Positions 11,257-20,764 of a stretch of DNA of 64,000 nucleotides are shown here, one piece after another. Positions within the stretch are counted from its first letter, which is position 1. Every line of letters starts with the position of its first letter. The stretch comes from an uncultured Phycisphaerales bacterium (GTDB lineage: Bacteria > Planctomycetota > Phycisphaerae > Tepidisphaerales > Tepidisphaeraceae). Location of the stretch: contig CAVWLP010000002.1 in NCBI GenBank assembly GCA_963755915.1, positions 2,016,001 through 2,080,000 on the forward strand, written 5' to 3'. Under the pieces are notes generated by a model. The model was not told the origin of the DNA, searched no databases, and was given only the letters and a program-made list of their open reading frames with translations. A program made the position numbers and the translations under genes.

Positions 11257-12237
11257 ATGCCTCCCACCCCCAAACGCTTCCTCGTCACCGGCGGCGCGGG
11301 ATTTATCGGCTCACACCTGGCCGAGCTTCTCCTTTCCCGCGGCAATGCGATTACCATCCTCGACGACTTCTCCACAGGGCACCCCGAAAACCTCTTGAGC
11401 ATCAAAGCCAACCCGAACGTCCAAATCATCCACGACTCCGTCGAAAACGACCGTGCCGTCAACATCGCCATCTCTTCCTGCGACGCGGTCTTCCACCTCG
11501 CCGCCGCCGTGGGCGTGCAGCTCATCGTCGACCAGCCCGTCCGCACCATCCGCTCCATCATCCACGGCACGGAGGTCGTCCTCGAAGCCGCCCAGCGCTT
11601 CGGACGGCCTGTGCTCATCACCAGCTCCTCCGAAGTCTACGGCCGCGGCGCCCGCGTCCCTTTCGGCGAGGACGACGACGTCGTCGTGGGCCCCACTCGA
11701 TCTTCTCGATGGTGCTACGCATACAGCAAAGGCATCGACGAGTTCCTCGGCCTGGCGTATCACAAGGAGCACGGCCTGCCCGTCATCATCACCCGGCTGT
11801 TCAACACGGTGGGGCCGCGGCAGGTGGGGATGTATGGGATGGTGCTGCCTCGCTTTGTGTCGGCCGCCCTGAAAGGCGAAGCGCTACAGGTCTACGGCGA
11901 CGGCAAACAGACGCGCTGCTTCTGCCATGTCGCGGATATCACGGCTGCGCTGGCCTCCCTCATGGAAAAGCCGCAGGCCGTGGGCCAGGTCTTCAACCTC
12001 GGCAGCGACGATGAAATCCAGATCGGCGAGCTGGCCCGGCGAGTGATCGCGATCTGCAAGTCGTCCAGCAGAATCGAATTTATCAGCTACGCCCAGGCGT
12101 TTGGGCAGAGCTTTGACGACACGCAGAGACGCGTGCCGAAGCTCGAGAAGATCCGCTCGGTGATCGATTTCCGGCCGCGTTTCAGCGTGGAGCAGATCAT
12201 TGAATCCGTGAGGGATAGCCTGCAAAAAAATCGGTAG
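11257..12237 (+). CDS. NAD-dependent nucleotide-sugar epimerase/dehydratase
   Basis: VTGGAGFIGSHL, HLAAAVGV, SSSEVYG, YAYSK, RLFNTVGPRQ. Confidence 0.9.
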   Translation: MPPTPKRFLVTGGAGFIGSHLAELLLSRGNAITILDDFSTGHPENLLSIKANPNVQIIHDSVENDRAVNIAISSCDAVFHLAAAVGVQLIVDQPVRTIRSIIHGTEVVLEAAQRFGRPVLITSSSEVYGRGARVPFGEDDDVVVGPTRSSRWCYAYSKGIDEFLGLAYHKEHGLPVIITRLFNTVGPRQVGMYGMVLPRFVSAALKGEALQVYGDGKQTRCFCHVADITAALASLMEKPQAVGQVFNLGSDDEIQIGELARRVIAICKSSSRIEFISYAQAFGQSFDDTQRRVPKLEKIRSVIDFRPRFSVEQIIESVRDSLQKNR

Positions 12238-12373
12238 CGGGGAGTGCGGTACATAAGGTAACAGTCCAGAACAAGCTGGGGGATTTGGGCGAAATGGGCG
12301 GGCGCTTTTTTGCGATTTGATTACTATCAAGTCCGCCCGGGACTTGTCGTTCCGGGGGTCCTCGGGCCGGCGG

Positions 12374-13396
12374 TCAAAATCCGCTTATCGTCACTTTGCC
12401 GATTGCTTTGCCGCTTTCGGACAATGCGTGCGCTTTCTTCAGGTTCTCGGCGCTGATGGGGCTGAAAGTCTGCGTCTGCGTGGAGCGCAGTTCACCTCGA
12501 TCGACGAGGCCTGAAACCCGGTTGAGCAATTGTCCCTGCTCGGCCATGTCCGCCGTTTTCCACATCGAGCGGGCGAACATGAATTCCCAGTGGAGCGACG
12601 CGGACTTTCGCTTGAGAGGCACCACATCCAGCGACTCCGGGTCGTCGATGAGGCCAAGCTTTCCCTGCGGAGCCAGGATCGCCACCAATTGCGGAAAGTT
12701 TCGAGCGGTCGCGGTGAGGCTGGCGATAAATTTCACCGGCGGCGCCGGCAATGCGTTGACCTGCTCAGCCAGCGGTTTGGTGTGATCGACCACGTGGTGG
12801 GCGCCCATTTCCAGCACCCATTGCACGGTCTGCGGCCGCGACGCGGTGGCAATGACGGTCAGGCCGGTAAGGTGCCGGGCAATTTGTACGAGGACGGAGC
12901 CGACGCCCCCCGGGGCGCCGCTGACCAGCAGCGACGCGCCACTCTCGCCCTCGCGCACGCCAAACCGATCGAACAGCAATTCCCAGGCGGTAATGCTCGT
13001 CAAGGGAAGAGCGGCCGCCTCGGCAAAGCCGATCGTTTTCGGCTTGCGTCCGACGAGGCGTTCGTCGACGGCCTGAAATTCCGCGTTTGAGCCGGGGCGG
13101 TCCAGTTCACCGGCGTAGTAGACTTCGTCTCCGACAGCAAACGCGCTGACGGCGTCGCCTTTGCCGACAACGACCCCCGCCGCATCCCAACCGAGGATGC
13201 GGGGTTTTCCGGACGTATCCGACGCCGAGCCCTGATGCCGCGCGCCCCGCACTTTCGTATCCACGGGGTTGACCGAAACGGCCTGCACCCTGACGAGTAA
13301 ATCCCGCGGCCCGGGCTGTGGCTGCGGCAGATCCAATTCCACCAGCGAGTCCGGCGCGTCGATCGGCAGAGGCCGGGTAAATGCGATCGCTTTCAT
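12374..13396 (-). CDS. Zinc-binding alcohol dehydrogenase/quinone oxidoreductase (MDR family)
   Basis: AVSVNPVDTKVR, LGWDAAG, AAALPLTSITAWE, GGVGS, WEFMF; SD AGGAG. Confidence 0.9.
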   Translation of the reverse strand: MKAIAFTRPLPIDAPDSLVELDLPQPQPGPRDLLVRVQAVSVNPVDTKVRGARHQGSASDTSGKPRILGWDAAGVVVGKGDAVSAFAVGDEVYYAGELDRPGSNAEFQAVDERLVGRKPKTIGFAEAAALPLTSITAWELLFDRFGVREGESGASLLVSGAPGGVGSVLVQIARHLTGLTVIATASRPQTVQWVLEMGAHHVVDHTKPLAEQVNALPAPPVKFIASLTATARNFPQLVAILAPQGKLGLIDDPESLDVVPLKRKSASLHWEFMFARSMWKTADMAEQGQLLNRVSGLVDRGELRSTQTQTFSPISAENLKKAHALSESGKAIGKVTISGF

Positions 13397-13521
13397 GGTT
13401 TCTCCTGCGCCAAGTGTACAGGTTAGAAACGGAAAGGGAAAAGACACTTTACATCGCCGGACTAAAGGATTGTGTCACATTCGTTGTCGCGGTTGCTTCC
13501 GCATAACGCCGTTCGGCCAAA

Positions 13522-13974
13522 TCATTTCCCCGGCGGAGGCAGCACCTCCAACTCATACTTCTTCGCAATCTCCAGCACTCGCGAAATCTCCTTCTGCTGC
13601 GTCGCCGACAGTGCGCCGATATCTTCAAAGAACCCCTCGAACCCCGCTGGCGTGATAACGCACATCAGCCGGCCCGGCGCCGTCCCAAGGTAGCGATAGG
13701 TATGAGCCACTCCTCTGGGCCCGAAAACCGTGTCCCCTTTTTTCGCGACGAATGTCTTTCCGCCGACCGTCCATTCGTACTCGCCTTCGATAATCTGAAA
13801 GGTCTCATCTTCGCGGTGGTGAACATGCGGCGGCGGGCCGCCGCCGGGCACATCGTGCGACTCAACCACACTCAAAATTCCGCCCGTCTCGCGACCGTGA
13901 ACGCGTATTACCATCGGAATTCCAAGAACCTGAAGTTTTTTGCCGCCGGCAGAAGGAATGTGAATCGGTTGCAT
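13522..13974 (-). CDS. Cupin domain protein
   Basis: GPPPHVHHREDETF..EG, GPRGVAHTY, TPAGFEGFF. Confidence 0.85.
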   Translation of the reverse strand: MQPIHIPSAGGKKLQVLGIPMVIRVHGRETGGILSVVESHDVPGGGPPPHVHHREDETFQIIEGEYEWTVGGKTFVAKKGDTVFGPRGVAHTYRYLGTAPGRLMCVITPAGFEGFFEDIGALSATQQKEISRVLEIAKKYELEVLPPPGK

Positions 13975-14057
13975 GGTGGCCGTGCTTGTATCAGGCGGTG
14001 AAACGCCGGTAAAGGTCATCAGGCCCGAGCCGCCGAGGCGCGGTACAATGTCGACTG

Positions 14058-14489
14058 ATGAAACGCATCCGCCGACAGGTTTTCAACGTGCTTGCGGCCA
14101 TTTCGCTGTTGCTCTTTGCGGGTCTTGTCGGCGATAGGGTTTATATCTTCAGACGCCCTGTCGCTTTGCCTCCGCCACCTCCTCCCACCATGACAACGAC
14201 CAATGTGAACGGTGTCTGAGTATTCAACTATCAAGAGACATCACTCGTCGCCGTTCGGCCATTCTTCCACGTATTGGGATGGCGCATTCAGGTGGGCATA
14301 GCATTCATTTCGACCATAGCGCTCCCCCTCTGCTGGATCGTGGTGCGATACCGTGAAGCGCGAGCCATTCGTAATCTTCCGGGCTCATGTCGAAACTGTG
14401 GCTACGATCTCCGTGCCACGCCGGATCGTTGCCCGGAGTGCGGCGCGGTCCCGCCGAAAAGAGAAAGTGATTTCGAACTGACCCGCTAG
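14058..14489 (+). pseudogene. Membrane protein with C-terminal CxxCGYDLRATPDRCPECG zinc ribbon, paralog 1; in-frame TGA at 14217-14219
   Basis: MKRIRRQVFNVLAAISLLL from ATG 14058 is in frame with ORF 14274..14489, separated by a single TGA. Confidence 0.8.
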
Positions 14490-14608
14490 GACGTCGCGAA
14501 ACGTGCACCCCTGCGGGGCCGGGGTTTTGAAGGAAGAGGGATTCCAAGGCCGGCAGGACCCTTAAAATTGTGGCTCGTATCCCCGGCGGTTCACTCGAGT
14601 CATCGAGA

Positions 14609-14631
14609 TTGACAAGTGACAATAATCACTT
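14609..14631 (+). promoter_or_regulatory. higBA promoter (-35 TTGACA) overlapping palindromic operator AAGTGA-N6-TCACTT
   Basis: TTGACA 14609-14614 directly followed by an inverted repeat, upstream of the TA operon. Confidence 0.65.
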
Positions 14632-14646
14632 TACAGAGTATCATGG

Positions 14647-14925
14647 ATGATCAGAAGCTTTAAGCATCGCGGTCTCAGGAAGCTGTTTGAGCGCGACGAG
14701 AAGCGGGGAATCCGGCAGGATTTGCTGGAAACTGTCGAGGACATTCTCACTCGCCTGGATGCCGCCACGGGACCGCAAGGCTTGAATCTTCCCGGCTATC
14801 GCCTGCATCCGCTCAAGGGCGATCTAAAAGGTTTCTGGTCGGTGACAGTTCGGGCGAACTGGCGGATCATTTTCCGATTCGAAGGAGAAGACGCCTTTGA
14901 CGTTGAATTGACGGACTATCATTGA
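14647..14925 (+). CDS. higB: HigB-type (RelE/ParE family) toxin
   Basis: [41 protein letters not shown]. Confidence 0.92.
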   Translation: MIRSFKHRGLRKLFERDEKRGIRQDLLETVEDILTRLDAATGPQGLNLPGYRLHPLKGDLKGFWSVTVRANWRIIFRFEGEDAFDVELTDYH

Positions 14926-14938
14926 AAGGAGAATCCCC

Positions 14939-15241
14939 ATGCCGATGAAAAACCCACCCCATCCGGGTCGAAGCATCCGAAACACCTGCCTTGAGCCTTT
15001 GGGGTTGTCCGTTACTGAGGGGGCCAAGGCGCTTGGGGTGACGCGGCAGGCGCTCAACAATGTCATCAATGGCAAGTCTGGAATCAGCCCGGAAATGGCC
15101 ATTCGACTCACCAAAGCGTTCGGCAGCACGGCGGAGACCTGGTTGCAAATGCAGCTTGCGTATGACCTGGCGCAGGCCAGGAAGCGTGAGGATAAAATTA
15201 AGGTACGCCGTCACCGGACGGATGAAGTTCGCGCCGCTTAG
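14939..15241 (+). CDS. higA: HigA antitoxin (XRE HTH)
   Basis: [42 protein letters not shown]. Confidence 0.92.
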   Translation: MPMKNPPHPGRSIRNTCLEPLGLSVTEGAKALGVTRQALNNVINGKSGISPEMAIRLTKAFGSTAETWLQMQLAYDLAQARKREDKIKVRRHRTDEVRAA

Positions 15242-15383
15242 AAAATGTTTCATAAGCTCGCGCGGCCACTGCTCGCGGCTGGCGATATCACTCATGGGTC
15301 GCTTGAGCCGGCATGGCCGATTATGTTTGGGAGATTGAGGAATTGATCGGGCTTCTGGATTAACACCCTGTTGGAATGTCAGT

Positions 15384-15953
15384 GTGAAACGCCGCTTATT
15401 CAATGTGATGGCGGGACTGTCGCTGGTGCTTGCGTTCGTTGTATGCATTCAGTGGTATCGCGGCTACCAAGAACAGGATCAATTGTCGATCCGGCGTTAT
15501 GTCGGCGTGCGCGAACATCCGACCCAAGAGCAATTCGGTGTTGTTTGCTGCCAAGGGGCGTTCTGGCTCGAAGCAAGCTGGCAGCGGTCCGACACAATAA
15601 ACGCTGCGCCTTCATTGCTTCTGAATTGGCAGCAGCAGTTGGGCCTTGGCTGGCGCGTGCGCATCGGAACCTACTCCAACCCCTTCTATCCTTCGTTGTT
15701 TCGCACCGGCTGGATTCACAGATTTGGCTTTCACGCTTCCCACGACAACCGTGCCGTCGATGTCGTGATACCCATGTGGTTTTGTGCATGTTGCACACTC
15801 GCGTTGCCCATAGCGTGGATACTCTTTGCTCGAAGCCGTGTCCTTCGAGTGCATTACCCTGGTGCAAAGCCCTGCCCGCAGTGTGGGTATGATCTTCGCG
15901 CCACGCCCGATCGCTGTCCGGAGTGTGGAAAATCCGTCGAAAAAACTATTTGA
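15384..15953 (+). CDS. Membrane protein with C-terminal zinc ribbon, paralog 2
   Basis: MKRRLFNVMAGLSLVL TM, second TM IPMWF..LPIAW, CPQCGYDLRATPDRCPECG. Confidence 0.85.
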   Translation: MKRRLFNVMAGLSLVLAFVVCIQWYRGYQEQDQLSIRRYVGVREHPTQEQFGVVCCQGAFWLEASWQRSDTINAAPSLLLNWQQQLGLGWRVRIGTYSNPFYPSLFRTGWIHRFGFHASHDNRAVDVVIPMWFCACCTLALPIAWILFARSRVLRVHYPGAKPCPQCGYDLRATPDRCPECGKSVEKTI

Positions 15954-16305
15954 TTTCAAACTGACCCACTACCGAAATTTCGGGAGACATGACCAGTCGT
16001 TGGCCCCTAAGTCGGGGACCACGGTTCTTGGACGGCACGAAACGCGCACCGCAGCGTGGGTAGGCGATACGCTTTGGGGGGTTGCGGCTAAAACGGGGAG
16101 GGGGATGTATCGTCGTTGTGGTCGCCGATTTGGAACGCCTATGCGTGAGAGTCGCTTCGCAAGTTTTTCGGCTATTTTTAGAAACCCTCACTTTTTCCAC
16201 GCTCCCGACTTCGTTATACTACGCGAACTTACTCACGTCATTCATGGCCAAAGTTCCATTTAGGATTAATCAAGCGGGGCTGACACCAAAGTTCACGGAG
16301 GATAT

Positions 16306-16918
16306 GTGTTCAACCGCCTCGTCTCGTATGTGAGAAAAAAAATATACCTGCACCGGGCGCGCTGGACGGCCCGCCATCTGGCCCCATTCATCGGGCCCAA
16401 CGATCGCGTCCTGGACATCGGCGCCGGCGACTGCCGATTGGATGAGCTGCTTCAGCGAAGAATCGGCTGCGAAATCGTCCCGGTCGATGTCGAGGACTTC
16501 AACGAAACCAATCTGCCGATGACCCTGTTCGACGGCAAGCGGCTTCCCTTCGACGACAACAGCTTCGACGTTGTCCTGCTGATTTTCGTCCTGCATCATG
16601 CCCAGGACGTGAAGGCCTGCCTTGAGGAAGCGCAGAGTCGCCAGGGGAAGCGTCCTGGTTTTCGAGGACGTGACGACAAATCTCTGGGACCGATTCCTCT
16701 TCCGGATTTTTCATCGCTGGCTGGATTGGTGGGAAGGCATTTCCTATCCCTATCGCGAATGGTCGCAATCGCAGTGGACGGAACTGGCCGGCAGCCTCGA
16801 TCTGGGCGTGGCCGCGTGCGTTCCGCTGAGCAGCCAGCTCTGGAAATTTTCCTGCCGGCACGTGGCGTTTGAGTGGAGAAAGCTGAAAGGGGCGGGAGCG
16901 GTTCCATCGGCGGGCTGA
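16306..16918 (+). CDS. Class I SAM-dependent methyltransferase, frameshift near 16635
   Basis: VLDIGAGD, LPFDDNSFDVV..VLHH; continues RRVARGSVLVFED in ORF 16622..16918. Confidence 0.85.
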
Positions 16919-16958
16919 AGTGACTGTGTATCGTCTGCGTTTGCGAACACATCGGATT

Positions 16959-17093
16959 TTTAACCGCCAAGACGCCATCAATGCGAAGAAATGCGTTCAA
17001 ACCACGGATTTCACGGATGACGCGGATTTCAAATTCAATCCGTGAAATCCGTGTAATCCGTGGTTCTCTTTTTCTTCGCGCTTGGCGGTTAAA
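16959..17093. repeat. Nested palindromes: outer TTTAACCGCCAAG/CTTGGCGGTTAAA, inner AACCACGGAT/ATCCGTGGTT
   Basis: Both arm pairs visible; outer family recurs at 39372-39432. Confidence 0.85.
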
Positions 17094-17146
17094 GGCTTTC
17101 GGTCATCAGGTGAGGCTGACCGACTAAGGCGGTACAATTTGCGCCG

Positions 17147-17746
17147 ATGAAACGCTTCTGCCGATGGGTGTTTAATCTTTTGACCCTTCTGTCGCTGCTG
17201 CTTTGTCTGGCGATGGGGGCGGTTTGGATCCGGAGTTACTTCGCTTTTTCCCAACTTGTTGAAGGCCACCATTACAGGATGATTGACGAAAAAACATTGC
17301 GCTGTTCGATTTTCCAGCTCTATCTGTCGAAAGGGGCGTTTCAATACGGAAACGCCTGGTACGACTACAAGGATAAATTTCTCATCCAGGCGATGTTGCC
17401 GGCCGGGAAATCATCCTGGCAATTTTCCCACTCCAATGTCGGCGGAGTTTTGTATATCCCTCCGCCGAAGGGATCGATCGCTGGAGTTGCGATTTCATTT
17501 ACACTTCCCGTGCCGGCGAGGGGGCAAGTCGCACAGGTCGACGCGCGGCTGCCGTATTGGGTGTTGGTGATTGCCTTTGCATTTTTGCCATTCGTTTGGA
17601 TCGCGCGATTCGCTCGTCAAAGGGGGCGAGATCGGCTGAAAGCCGGAGGCTGCTGCGTCCGTTGCGGGTATGACCTACGCGCCACGGCCGACCGATGCCC
17701 GGAGTGCGGGAATATTCCGGCGAAAACGAAAGTAATTTCAGTCTAA
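17147..17746 (+). CDS. Membrane protein with C-terminal zinc ribbon, paralog 3
   Basis: MKRFCRWVFNLLTLLSLLL TM, LPYWVLVIAFAFLPFVW TM, CVRCGYDLRATADRCPECG. Confidence 0.85.
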   Translation: MKRFCRWVFNLLTLLSLLLCLAMGAVWIRSYFAFSQLVEGHHYRMIDEKTLRCSIFQLYLSKGAFQYGNAWYDYKDKFLIQAMLPAGKSSWQFSHSNVGGVLYIPPPKGSIAGVAISFTLPVPARGQVAQVDARLPYWVLVIAFAFLPFVWIARFARQRGRDRLKAGGCCVRCGYDLRATADRCPECGNIPAKTKVISV

Positions 17747-19039
17747 CCCACTGCTCCGTTGGTAGGTCGATCCCACCGACGAGATCAAAAACCCCCCAAA
17801 CAGGATGAAAATCGCCCACAGCGGAAGAAGATAACGATCGGCAATGCTTGTCACGAGATAGGGCGCCACCGAAAGGAATCCCGCCAGCGCCAGCCAAAGT
17901 GCCTTGCTACCGCGCCTCCAGGCAAGGACCAATCCGCCGATACCGAGCACTGAGGTGAGCGCCGCCAATGCGACCTTGTCGATCATGATGCCGTCGCGCA
18001 CCACGCCCGTTAGAAACGGCGGAACTCCCCCGCGAAGAGGAAGCGGTTCGCCAATCAATGCGTAGAGCGCGCGCTTCGAACACAACCGAAAAAAGCCGAG
18101 CGGGTCGGATCGCACTCGCTGCACAAAGGCCACCCGGCATTCGCGGAAATATTCCATTTCACCGGCGCGGATCAGCAATTCCCTCTGTGCCGGATTGACG
18201 AACGGGTGCTGGGCCAGGGTGGCGTCATCGATCAATCCCGATGCGCCGTTTCGATTGCCGAGCCAGAGTTCAAATTCGGCTCCTCCGCGCACGTACATGA
18301 GCCGCCGAAACTCGATCGCGTTGCGCACGGTCCACGGCGCCAGCACCAGACAGAAGACGCCGACCGACAAAGCAGTCGCATTGAAGCGTCGAGAGATCGG
18401 CTGGATCCGGACGGTGCGCCAGAGGATCAGCGGGTACGCGAAAACATAGCCGGCATTGATCAAAGACAGCACCCCCAAGCCGGCGGCTATGGTGGCGACG
18501 GAAGCCGGCCGGGTCGAGCGCTGAACCGCGACCAGAATCCAGATGAAAAGCGCCAGCGCTGGATAGGCGTCCCAGTATTGTGACATATAATATAAAAATG
18601 TGGGATGAATGATGAGCAATCCCGCGGCGATCCATCCGGCCGCGGGAGAAAAACAAGCGGCTCCCAAAACCCGTATGCCCGCCACCACTGCGGCAAAACA
18701 GCCGGCGTTAAGGAGCATAAGCGAGGTCGTCGCGGCTGGCGTGCGGATGCCGGATGCGCGGTAGATAACTGCCATCAGCCAGGGATAAATCGGCGGGCTC
18801 CAGCTCGTGGGCGCGGGATGGTTGGAGGGATCCATTGGGCTGCCGAAACCTTCGCCCCGCGCCAAATGAATCGCGATATTATTTTCTTCGGCGAACGGAG
18901 GAAACCGCTGATAATCGCGGCCCACCTGCACACCGGCGCCCCAGCAACCGGCGATCAGAAAAACCCAAATGTCCCGAATTCCGAGCCGCGATTTGATGCG
19001 GCCGGGCGAATTTAGTGCTGGTGAATCCAGATCGCCCAT
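17738..19039 (-). CDS. GT39/ArnT-PMT-like integral membrane glycosyltransferase
   Basis: IAIHLARGEGF, PPIYPWLMA, PWTVRN, LWLGN, RYLLP; many TM segments. Confidence 0.7.
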   Translation of the reverse strand: MGDLDSPALNSPGRIKSRLGIRDIWVFLIAGCWGAGVQVGRDYQRFPPFAEENNIAIHLARGEGFGSPMDPSNHPAPTSWSPPIYPWLMAVIYRASGIRTPAATTSLMLLNAGCFAAVVAGIRVLGAACFSPAAGWIAAGLLIIHPTFLYYMSQYWDAYPALALFIWILVAVQRSTRPASVATIAAGLGVLSLINAGYVFAYPLILWRTVRIQPISRRFNATALSVGVFCLVLAPWTVRNAIEFRRLMYVRGGAEFELWLGNRNGASGLIDDATLAQHPFVNPAQRELLIRAGEMEYFRECRVAFVQRVRSDPLGFFRLCSKRALYALIGEPLPLRGGVPPFLTGVVRDGIMIDKVALAALTSVLGIGGLVLAWRRGSKALWLALAGFLSVAPYLVTSIADRYLLPLWAIFILFGGFLISSVGSTYQRSSGLD

Positions 19040-19132
19040 TTTTGCTCACTGGCGGGCGATGTCAACCGTGGAACTTGCCGCGGGGGTGAAATCTGTTATA
19101 TTCACGCCCCCTAAATCCGATTTGGAGTTGCA

Positions 19133-19435
19133 ATGTCTCTAGACCTGAAAACCGGCTCTTCCGTCCGCGTCACCGTCTCCCGGGCCATCACCCGGGCGGC
19201 CGCCCGCAAAACCATCGAGCGCCTCTTCATGCGCGATAAAGCCGTCCGCCGGCCCATCGACGTCCGCAGCCGGAATTTCAAGGAACTCCCCAAGCGCCGC
19301 GGCGGATGCATCTGGACCAAGCGCCCCAACAAGGTTCATCCTTCGCTGGACAAAGGAACTTTCGCGACCGTGAAAGTAACCCCGCAGTCAATCCGCGACC
19401 TGAACAGCGTCGCGGAATTCGTCGAAGTGAAGTAA
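19133..19435 (+). CDS. Small, highly basic hypothetical protein
   Basis: Clean ORF with GGAG SD; upstream TTGCCG-17 nt-TATATT with TG extension. Confidence 0.75.
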   Translation: MSLDLKTGSSVRVTVSRAITRAAARKTIERLFMRDKAVRRPIDVRSRNFKELPKRRGGCIWTKRPNKVHPSLDKGTFATVKVTPQSIRDLNSVAEFVEVK

Positions 19436-19539
19436 CCCAGGAATCCGCCCCGATAAAAAAGCCACACGATGGACATCGTGTGGACTGTTATCAAAGCTGT
19501 CGGGTGCTTGCACCCACAGAACCCCGACCCGAAAAAAAT

Positions 19540-19926
19540 CTAATTCGGCTTCCCCGCGATCATGTCCAGCAGCGCCTTCAAATTGAAGGGCTTGGGCAAA
19601 AACTGGACGGGTTGCCCGTGCAAAACGCTGGCCTCATATTCCCCGCTGATCGCGATGACCCGCGCCGGGCGATGGCTCTCCGGCAGCTTGGCGCAGTGCT
19701 GAAGCAGCTCAAACCCGTCCATGATGGGCATTCGCAGGTCCGTCAGCAAAACGTCGAAGTGCTGGGTAAGGAGATAATTCAGCCCTTCTTCGCCATCGCG
19801 TGCCGTTACCACTTCGGCTCCCGCCTGGCGAATCAGCTTGCCCATCGCGAGCCGCGTGGGCGTGTGGTCTTCGATGACGAGAATCCGCTGCCGTTTCCCG
19901 GCCGGTTCTGAACTTACGTCTGGCAT
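19540..19926 (-). CDS. Single-domain response regulator (receiver)
   Basis: ILVIEDH, FDVLLTDLRMP.MDGFELL, ISG, FLPKPF. Confidence 0.9.
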   Translation of the reverse strand: MPDVSSEPAGKRQRILVIEDHTPTRLAMGKLIRQAGAEVVTARDGEEGLNYLLTQHFDVLLTDLRMPIMDGFELLQHCAKLPESHRPARVIAISGEYEASVLHGQPVQFLPKPFNLKALLDMIAGKPN

Positions 19927-20000
19927 CGCAGTCAACAGATTAACTCCACCCTCTGCGGGTATTCAATACCTCTAGGATATCGCAAATAAGGACTTGTAGT

Positions 20001-20690
20001 CTAGTCTCCTAATTCCCGCCAGCAACCATCCGTGCAAAGCACCTGGCAGGGCCGGAAATCCGCCTTATACCGCATCTTTCGGCAACCCTCCACCCAAAAC
20101 CCAAGGTAATAATGTTCCATTCCCAGCCCATTTGCATAGTCGATCTCACACAAGGCCCCAAACGTGCCCAGTCCACGCTCCCGCTCGGCCGGGTCAAAAT
20201 AGAAATAAACACTGCTGAGCGATTCCGGAGATAGATCGCAAACCCCGACGGCCAGCAGACGCCCCCCTTCATCGCGGTAACAAAACTCCACGGTCTTCAC
20301 GGGTGAGCGATAAAGAAAATGCTCGAACGCCGGCCGGTCGTCGGCTTCCGAAAGGCCATGCCACTGCGTCTGATAACGGCGGTAAAGCTGGTATTTCTCG
20401 TCCGTCGGCTGCGGCTTTCCGGAGGCAATCTTAAGATCCGAATTCCGACGCCGGCATCGCCGCTGCGATTTGCTGGCGCGAAACGTCCCCACCGGCACCC
20501 GCAGCGGCCGGCACTCCCGGCACCCGCGGCAGACCGGCTGATAGATCACCGCGCCGCTCCGCCGGAATCCCGCTTCCAGAAATCCCTGATAAATCTCCGG
20601 CGTCATCCGCTGCGCGTAAATCGCGCGAAAGGTCGCCTCCCGGCCCGGAAGATAGGGGCAGTCGTGCGGGGGAATTGTCGTCAGTTCCAC
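20001..20690 (-). CDS. Arginyl-tRNA-protein transferase family (ATE1/Bpt)
   Basis: CPYLPGR, GFRRSG...YQP.C..C.EC, SSVYFYFDP, LGTF, YYLGFWV..C.KM.YK. Confidence 0.9.
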   Translation of the reverse strand: MELTTIPPHDCPYLPGREATFRAIYAQRMTPEIYQGFLEAGFRRSGAVIYQPVCRGCRECRPLRVPVGTFRASKSQRRCRRRNSDLKIASGKPQPTDEKYQLYRRYQTQWHGLSEADDRPAFEHFLYRSPVKTVEFCYRDEGGRLLAVGVCDLSPESLSSVYFYFDPAERERGLGTFGALCEIDYANGLGMEHYYLGFWVEGCRKMRYKADFRPCQVLCTDGCWRELGD

Positions 20691-20764
20691 CCCGATCGGC
20701 GCGGGGGCGCCGGATAAATCGATGAGACCGCCTCAACCATTCTCAAAAGTATATCCCGCCGATT

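Noticed and set aside
14217-14260. Selenocysteine readthrough of the TGA
   Set aside because: No evident SECIS-like hairpin downstream and no redox-motif context.
17741-17765. Integron attC site (GTCTAAC fits RYYYAAC)
   Set aside because: No GTTRRRY at a suitable distance, the other two copies lack the core, and no intI gene is in the window.
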